Shown here piece after piece: positions 41,317 to 47,546 of a stretch of DNA of 47,546 bases (positions within the stretch are counted from its first letter, which is position 1; each line of letters begins with the position of its first letter). Under the pieces are notes generated by a model, which saw only the letters and a program-made list of their open reading frames with translations, ran no database searches and was not told where the DNA came from. The DNA is from Candidatus Micrarchaeota archaeon. Lineage in GTDB: Archaea > Micrarchaeota > Micrarchaeia > Norongarragalinales > Norongarragalinaceae. The stretch lies in assembly GCA_013360305.1 (NCBI GenBank), contig JABWCK010000004.1:1-47546 (forward strand). Reading direction: 5' to 3'. The position numbers and the translations under genes were made by a program.

Positions 41317-44168
41317 ATCGTTACGGTAATCTTTGCTTCGCCAACTTTGCACTCGTGGTTGAAGCCTTGTTTTTCTTCAAAAACTATCTTCTTTGCTTTA
41401 ACGTCAGAAGCAAGTTTTTGCAATAGTGGAGAAATCAATTCTTGTTGGTCTTTGCTTAATCCATTGATTGCGGCAAACTCGATGACGTCAGTGATTTTCT
41501 TGCCTGACTTCTTGCGTGCTTCTTGAATGTTTCTAGCCAATTCGTTAAACAAGCCTTCTGCTTTTAATTCAGGCGTCAAAATCGTTTCTAAATACAATAA
41601 TTTTCCTTCACTTAATTCAGTAAACACGAATCCTTGTTCTAATTCAGAACCAGCTGAATCAGCAAAATCGATTTTCTTTACATTCAACTCGCCCGCTAGC
41701 ACTTCACTTAATTCTTTAGACAATTCTACGCCGACTAAGACTGCTTTAGCTAGTGGTTGTTTTTGTTTTAACGAGCTTTGAGCCCTAATCTTGCGTCCTG
41801 CTTCCACCAATAATCTTAATTCAGTCATTTGTTTTTCTAATTCCTCACTTGATTTTTGAGGAACAGGATAGTCTTGCAAGTGGACGCTTTCGGATTCGCC
41901 GACGCGTAGCCAAACTAATTCAGCCAAGAAAGGAGTAAACGGAGCAATGGTTAAAGCAATTTGTTTTAAGCAGTAACGCAGTGTTTCAAACGCTTGAGTG
42001 GAATCGTCATTTTTTTCTTGGCTAGTAAAACGATCCCTGCTTCGGCGAATAAACCAATTGCTTAAATCGTTTAACACGAATTCTTCTAAAGCACGAGACG
42101 CTTTGTGAACGTTGTGGATGCTTAATTCTGCTTCTACTAAAACAATAGTTGAATTCAATCTTGAAACAATCCATTCGTCTAGCGTGTTCTTGCTTGCTAG
42201 TTTAGAGTGTTTGAAGCCGTATGCTTGAGAGTAAGTCTCGTAATAAACTAAAGAATTGTATAAAGTAGAAATAAAACGGTTGTATGCTTCAGCTACAGTG
42301 TCTTCGCTGAACTTAGTCGGCTCCCAAGGAGGATTTCCGGTAAACAAGCTCCACCTTAACGCGTCAGCTCCGTATTTTTCGAACATTGCGTCAGGCGAAA
42401 CAACGTTTCCCTTGCTTTTGCTCATTTTAATTCCGTTCTTGTCTAAAACGTGTCCCAATACTACACACGAGTCATAAGCGGGAGAATCAAACAATACGGT
42501 TCCTAAAGCGTGAAGCGTATAAAACCATCCCCGCGTTTGGTCTATTCCTTCTACTATGAAGGAAGCAGGAAAGTTTTGTTTGAATAATTCTTTGTTCTCG
42601 AAAGGATAATGCCATTGAGCGAATGGAGCACTGCCAGAGTCATACCAGCAATCAATTACTTCAGGCACTCTCTTGAATTCCTTGCCGTCTTTTGCTAGAA
42701 TTATTTCATCAACTACTGGCTTGTGTGGGTCGAATTTAGCTGGATAATTCTTAGCTAGTTTTTTCAACTCGTCAAACGAACCAATACAGATTTTTTCGCC
42801 GTCTTCTGCAACCCATATAGGTAAAGGCGTACCCCAGTAACGGTTTCTGCTCAACGCCCAGTCTTTGACTTCGTTCAAGAATAATCCAAAACGACCAGTG
42901 CGAATAGTGTCAGGATACCAAGCAATCTTGTTGTTGTTTGAAATTAATTGTTCGCGAACTTGAGTCATTTTAACGAACCAACTCTTGCGAGCAATATACA
43001 TTAACTTAGTATCGCACCTCCAACAATGAGGGTAAGAGTGCAAGTATGGTTTTTTCTTAACAATCAAGTCGTTTTCTTCCAAGTGCTTTAGTACTTCATT
43101 GTTGGCTTTAGTAAAGAATAATCCTTTCAGCCAAGAAATTTGGTCGTCGAATTCTCCTGTTTCGTTAACATAAGAAACAATTGGCAACTTGTTTTTTACG
43201 CAATTATTATAGTCTTCTTCACCATAAGCACCGGCTTGAGTGACGATTCCAGTACCGTCTTCTTGTGAAACGTAATCAGCGTGAATAACGAAAAACGCTT
43301 TTTCTTTTACAGGAATATCTTTCAGTAATTGCTCGAATTCTCTTCCGATTAACTCGCTTCCTTTGACTTTCTTTAATACTTTAGCATTCTCTAAAGCGCT
43401 TTCAAGCAAGGGTTCAGCTACGTAGTATTTTTGGCCTTCGAACTCGGCTAGAACGTAAGTAAAATCTTTCCTAACAGCTAGACCAACGACTCCGAATAAA
43501 GTCCAAGGCGTAGTAGTCCAGGCTAGTAGAAAAGCATCTTCGTCTTTAAGCTTGAATTTAGCATAAACTGACACATCGGTAACGTCTTTGTATCCTTGTC
43601 CTACTTCGTGGCTTGACAAAGCCGTACCGCAACGAGGACAGAGTGGAACAATCTTGTATCCCTCGTACAACAAGCCTTTGTCCCATATTTGTTTCAAACT
43701 CCACCAAACGCTTTCAACGTAATTAGAATCAAAAGTAATGTAAGCGTCATTAAAACGAATCCAGAAACCAACGCGCTTGCTCATTTCCTTCCAAGCACCC
43801 TCGTACTTGAACACGCTTTCCTTGCACTTCTCGTTAAAAGCAGCTACCCCGTACTCCTCAATGCCTTTCTTATTCTTCAATCCAAGCGCTTTTTCGACTT
43901 CCAATTCAACAGGCAAACCATGAGTATCCCAACCCGCCTTTCTTGGAACATAAAAACCCTTCATAGTCTTGTACCTCAAAACTAAGTCTTTGTGAGCGCG
44001 TGTTAAAACATGGCCTGGGTGAGGTAAGCCGTTAGCAGTAGGCGGACCCTCTACGAAAACGAAGGGAGTTTTTCCTTTGCGGTGCTCGACGCTAGTTAAG
44101 AAAGTGTTTTCTTTATCCCACTTTTCTAATACTTCCAATTCTAATTCAGGAATAGTTTTGCTAGTCAT
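41313..44168 (-). CDS. ileS: Isoleucyl-tRNA synthetase
   Basis: GPPTANGLPHPGH, GWDTHGLP, WTTTPWT, EGIDQTRGWF, KMSKS. Confidence 0.98.
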   Translation of the reverse strand: MTSKTIPELELEVLEKWDKENTFLTSVEHRKGKTPFVFVEGPPTANGLPHPGHVLTRAHKDLVLRYKTMKGFYVPRKAGWDTHGLPVELEVEKALGLKNKKGIEEYGVAAFNEKCKESVFKYEGAWKEMSKRVGFWIRFNDAYITFDSNYVESVWWSLKQIWDKGLLYEGYKIVPLCPRCGTALSSHEVGQGYKDVTDVSVYAKFKLKDEDAFLLAWTTTPWTLFGVVGLAVRKDFTYVLAEFEGQKYYVAEPLLESALENAKVLKKVKGSELIGREFEQLLKDIPVKEKAFFVIHADYVSQEDGTGIVTQAGAYGEEDYNNCVKNKLPIVSYVNETGEFDDQISWLKGLFFTKANNEVLKHLEENDLIVKKKPYLHSYPHCWRCDTKLMYIARKSWFVKMTQVREQLISNNNKIAWYPDTIRTGRFGLFLNEVKDWALSRNRYWGTPLPIWVAEDGEKICIGSFDELKKLAKNYPAKFDPHKPVVDEIILAKDGKEFKRVPEVIDCWYDSGSAPFAQWHYPFENKELFKQNFPASFIVEGIDQTRGWFYTLHALGTVLFDSPAYDSCVVLGHVLDKNGIKMSKSKGNVVSPDAMFEKYGADALRWSLFTGNPPWEPTKFSEDTVAEAYNRFISTLYNSLVYYETYSQAYGFKHSKLASKNTLDEWIVSRLNSTIVLVEAELSIHNVHKASRALEEFVLNDLSNWFIRRSRDRFTSQEKNDDSTQAFETLRYCLKQIALTIAPFTPFLAELVWLRVGESESVHLQDYPVPQKSSEELEKQMTELRLLVEAGRKIRAQSSLKQKQPLAKAVLVGVELSKELSEVLAGELNVKKIDFADSAGSELEQGFVFTELSEGKLLYLETILTPELKAEGLFNELARNIQEARKKSGKKITDVIEFAAINGLSKDQQELISPLLQKLASDVKAKKIVFEEKQGFNHECKVGEAKITVTI

Positions 44169-44223
44169 AAAAAATCAAGTTTTAGGTTAAAAACTGGAAT
44201 AATATAGTGAAAAAACAAGAATT

Positions 44224-44730
44224 TTAAGGCTTTAGAATCTTGATTACTGCCTTGCAGAATGCAGGCAAGTCGTCTGGCTTGCGAGAAGTAACGAGTTTTC
44301 CATCCACTACGACTTCTTCATCAGAATACTTGGCACCAGCATTTACTACGTCGTCTTTTATGGAGAAGAAACAAGTTGCTTTCTTTCCTCTTAAAACATC
44401 TGCTGAAGCAAGAACCCATGGCCCGTGGCATATGGCGGCTACTACTTTGCCGCGGTCGTTCATTTCTCTAACGAACGAAACTACTTCCTTATATCGACGC
44501 AAGCGGTCTGGAGCATAACCTCCAGGGATTACTACGCAATCGTAATTCTTGGCTTGCAATTCTTTAAACGCGCGGTTGGCTTCAATTGGATAGCCTTCTT
44601 TAGAGTCGTATTCTTCCTTGTCGAAGCCAAAAACATCGACAGTAAACCCTTCCTCTCTAAAGCGAAGCAATGGATACCATACTTCTAATACTTGATAATC
44701 ATCTTCAACTACGATTGCTATTTTAACCAT
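44224..44730 (-). CDS. pfpI: PfpI/DJ-1 family protein
   Basis: IPGGYAPD, AAICHGP, TSRKPDDLPAF. Confidence 0.93.
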   Translation of the reverse strand: MVKIAIVVEDDYQVLEVWYPLLRFREEGFTVDVFGFDKEEYDSKEGYPIEANRAFKELQAKNYDCVVIPGGYAPDRLRRYKEVVSFVREMNDRGKVVAAICHGPWVLASADVLRGKKATCFFSIKDDVVNAGAKYSDEEVVVDGKLVTSRKPDDLPAFCKAVIKILKP

Positions 44731-45820
44731 GTTTTTCACCTAACAATTTTCTTCCTAGATTAAAGTAAAACTCTTCAGCTATCAACGTTTCTCTTATTGA
44801 AACGAATTCTTCAGCACAATGAGCTAAAGACTCCGGCCCCGGACCCAAGTCTATTACTTGACTGCCTAGCTCGTAAAAAAAGCGAGCATCGCTTGCTCCG
44901 CTTTCTTTTAATAATTCAGGAAAAACTTTCAATTCTCTTAAAGAATCAACGCTTTTTTTAACTAAAAAAGCATCTTTTGGCTCGACGAATCCTTGAGAAA
45001 CCGCTTGAGTAGTGAAAGTAAAATCTAATTGTTCAGCCAACAACTCGAAATCCTTGATGAAAGATTTAACGTTCAAAGAAGGAGGGAGCCTGAAGTCTAC
45101 TATAGCTTCACAATAATCAGGAACTATATTCGCAGCATGCCCGCCTGAAATCATGCCGATATTCATAGTCTTCTTATAAAAACGGTCGTCTTCCAACCCG
45201 TCTTCAGTAGAAAACCTTGAAGACAAGTAATTCAATAACTTGAACATTTTTTTAATCGCATTAACCCCAAACTCTACCCTATCCACGTGAATAGCTTTTC
45301 CTTTAGTAATGATTTTCAATTCAACCAACGATTTTTGTCCTCGGATTATTTTCAAATCACTCGGTTCACCAGTAACCACGAAATCCGGTTTAGGCAAGTG
45401 AGAAATTACTGCCTGTGCGCCGTTCTTTCCCGAACCTAGTTCTTCATCGCCAACTATTGCTAAATAAACAGAACCACTTAGTTCTTGACTAGCTAATCGC
45501 AAGAACGCGTTTATTTCAGCAGCCAAACCAGCTTTCATGTCGCAAGAACCCAATCCATACAATCGGTCTCCAGTTACTCTAGGTTTAAACGGGTCAGTCT
45601 TCCAGTCGCCGGCAGGGATAGTATCGTAGTGAGCGTTAAACAATAATTTTTTACCAATTTCTTTCTTGAAAGCAATCAAGTTTTCTACATTGTTTTTCTT
45701 AACTCGCTTAATAGTAACTCCCTTAGCATGTAGTAATGGCTCGATAAAGTCAAGAATCTCGGGCTTGCTGTCTACTGAATCTATAGAAATCAATTTCTTA
45801 GCCAAGTCAATAGTCTTCAT
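44723..45820 (-). CDS. M20 family (ArgE/DapE-like) metallopeptidase
   Basis: NAHYDT, GSCDMK, DEE, GEPS, SDAR, AHCAEE. Confidence 0.92.
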   Translation of the reverse strand: MKTIDLAKKLISIDSVDSKPEILDFIEPLLHAKGVTIKRVKKNNVENLIAFKKEIGKKLLFNAHYDTIPAGDWKTDPFKPRVTGDRLYGLGSCDMKAGLAAEINAFLRLASQELSGSVYLAIVGDEELGSGKNGAQAVISHLPKPDFVVTGEPSDLKIIRGQKSLVELKIITKGKAIHVDRVEFGVNAIKKMFKLLNYLSSRFSTEDGLEDDRFYKKTMNIGMISGGHAANIVPDYCEAIVDFRLPPSLNVKSFIKDFELLAEQLDFTFTTQAVSQGFVEPKDAFLVKKSVDSLRELKVFPELLKESGASDARFFYELGSQVIDLGPGPESLAHCAEEFVSIRETLIAEEFYFNLGRKLLGEKHG

Positions 45821-47073
45821 TTCAATACCTTCACTAAGTCTTTTTCTGAAAGCAATTCTTCTTTTCCTGAAGACATGTCTCGGACTTTAAACTTGCCTGA
45901 TTTTAATTCTTGTTCTCCGCAGAAAATAACAAAACTAATTCCTTGCTTTGAAGCGAAATCCAAGTTCTTGGAAACGCCTTTCTCATTCAAGTCAACCAAC
46001 GCGTTAACGCCATTGCTTCTGAGAGTTTGAGTTAGTGCTATTGCTTGAGGCAAGGTCTTAAACGGAATTACTAAAACATTGACTACGCTTTGTTTAGACT
46101 CAGTTTTCTTTAATTCTTCACACAAAACATCCAACCCAAAACTAATTCCAACAGCAGGAACCTCGCCCCTGCCTGAGAACTTTCCAATCAATTCATCGTA
46201 GCGACCGCCAGCTGCAATGCTTGATTTTATTTCAGAATCCTTCAAAAACGCTTCAAACACTATGCCCGTGTAATAATTCAATCCCCTAGCAAGAGTAGGA
46301 GAAAACTCCACGATTTTTACATTAAATTCGTTCAAGAATTCAAAAAATTCTTTCAACTCATTAAAACCAGCTTCAGCGTCAGCATTACCAATCTTAGAGT
46401 AATCACTCAACTTCTTGGATTCAAGTAATTTCAAAGCATTAACAACGATTTTCTCACTAAAACCTTTGTCTACTAATTCTTTTTTTACGCCAGAAACACC
46501 AATTTTTTCCAGCTTGTCTAAACTCAAAATAAAACTAGCTTCCTTATCCTTAGAAACACCCGCTTTCTGCAGTACTCCGTTCAACAACTTACGACTATTA
46601 ACTTTAACGACTACACTCAAGCCTAATTTTCTAAAAGCATCTTGTGCTAGAGCCATTAACTCTGCTTCGGCAGAAACACTCTTTACTCCAAGCACGTCAA
46701 CATCGCATTGAACGAATTCTCGGTAGCGCCCTGCTTTGAGTGGGCCGTCCCTCCACACTTTGTCTATTGCGTATCTTTTGAAAGGCATTGGGAAACTGTT
46801 TCCGGCTATCAATCTAGCTAAAGGCACAGTCAAGTCATACCTCAACCCTAACTTTCGTTTGCCTTGGTCTTCCAACTGGTAAGTTTCCTTCAAAATCTCT
46901 TCCCCGCCAGCGAATTTTGATGACAATACTTCAATATTTTCTAAAGCAGGCGTTTCTAACGGGTTGAACCCATAAGACTCGAATACGCTCGAAAGCTTCG
47001 CTACCGCCGAATTCCTCAATATTTTTTCACTCGGCAAAAAGTCTCTCGAACCACGCACTGCAGTTAAATCCAT
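45817..47073 (-). CDS. hisS: Histidyl-tRNA synthetase
   Basis: RYDLT, GRYREFVQCD, RGLNYYTG, GGRYD; start placed at MDLTAVRG, since the track's extension runs through the tRNA. Confidence 0.97.
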   Translation of the reverse strand: MDLTAVRGSRDFLPSEKILRNSAVAKLSSVFESYGFNPLETPALENIEVLSSKFAGGEEILKETYQLEDQGKRKLGLRYDLTVPLARLIAGNSFPMPFKRYAIDKVWRDGPLKAGRYREFVQCDVDVLGVKSVSAEAELMALAQDAFRKLGLSVVVKVNSRKLLNGVLQKAGVSKDKEASFILSLDKLEKIGVSGVKKELVDKGFSEKIVVNALKLLESKKLSDYSKIGNADAEAGFNELKEFFEFLNEFNVKIVEFSPTLARGLNYYTGIVFEAFLKDSEIKSSIAAGGRYDELIGKFSGRGEVPAVGISFGLDVLCEELKKTESKQSVVNVLVIPFKTLPQAIALTQTLRSNGVNALVDLNEKGVSKNLDFASKQGISFVIFCGEQELKSGKFKVRDMSSGKEELLSEKDLVKVLK

Positions 47074-47116
47074 AGCATAATCACTAACCATTTGAAGAAT
47101 TAAAAGAAAACGAAAG

Positions 47117-47188
47117 GGCGCTAACCGAGAATCGAACTCGGGACGCAAGCTCCACAGGCCCGCGTGATACCATTTCACCATTAGCGCC
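47117..47188 (-). tRNA. tRNA-His(GTG) with encoded G-1
   Basis: G-GCGCTAA/TTAGCGC-C; anticodon loop CT GTG GA; G-1:C73. Confidence 0.95.
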
Positions 47189-47321
47189 ATCCCAAAAACT
47201 AAGGCTGCTGAAAAATTTTAATAAAAAGACAGAGTTAAAACTAGTAATGAGAGAACGAAGCTGAATGAAGTAAATCACTATTCACCATTTTAACTCCTTA
47301 ATAAAAAATGAAGTCAATCCC

Positions 47322-47546
47322 TTAAAAACGTATCTCAAAAGAATCAGGTAGTTTTTCTTCAACTTTTTCCTCGCTTAATTCTTCAACGTGCAAGCCATAA
47401 TCAGAATCCGGATTGCCTTGAACAAAGATTTTTTTCTTGAATTCAGAAATATCTCCATCAACAACTACTTCCACGGTGCCGTCTTTTAAGTTTCGAGTCC
47501 ATCCCTTCAAAGATAATTCTCTAGCTATTCTCGCAACGAATGCTCT
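47322..47546 (-). CDS. acyP: Acylphosphatase (5' end outside window)
   Basis: …IARELSLKGWTRNLKDGTVEVV…SFEIRF. Confidence 0.85.
   Translation of the reverse strand, partial: RAFVARIARELSLKGWTRNLKDGTVEVVVDGDISEFKKKIFVQGNPDSDYGLHVEELSEEKVEEKLPDSFEIRF

Noticed and set aside
47074..47190. 39-aa N-terminal extension of HisRS in the ORF track
   Set aside because: It is the translation of the tRNA-His gene; HisRS homology and an SD begin at 47073
1..47546. Alternative genetic code
   Set aside because: Conserved genes end at TAA, TAG and TGA at their expected C-termini

Overview
AT-rich archaeal chromosomal segment with a DPANN-like gene set (Micrarchaeota/Iainarchaeota-type; the taxonomy is an inference). 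It is mostly housekeeping: argS, tpiA, rio1, aIF-1A, aIF-2beta, a presenilin-type protease, MCM, aIF-5A, TatD, NYN, MinD, Sm, DRG, a broken YchF, HIT, Alba, Sec61beta, AK6, aCPSF1, proteasome beta, SMC, proS, rhomboid, an rpiB-rpe-split transketolase operon, MFS, ileS, PfpI, M20, hisS and acyP. Four intronless tRNAs (Val-TAC, Ala-GGC, Gln-TTG, His-GTG) lie on the minus strand. I found no transposase, integrase, CRISPR array or rRNA. The most unusual signals are non-coding or very small. (1) An AT-rich hairpin family (TTTGAT-CAAACTTTT-N3/4-AAAAGTTTG) sits at the 5' end of three tRNA genes; its outer base pair uses tRNA nucleotide 1 and covaries with it. (2) A GC-rich ~55-nt element occurs in three diverged copies with stem plus G5/C5 pseudoknot potential. 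(3) Several microproteins are missing from the ORF track, including a 31-aa hyper-acidic aromatic peptide and a 56-aa Cys/His-rich peptide. (4) ychF has an internal deletion and frameshift that removes the G3 motif. (5) An ORB-like motif lies upstream of mcm.
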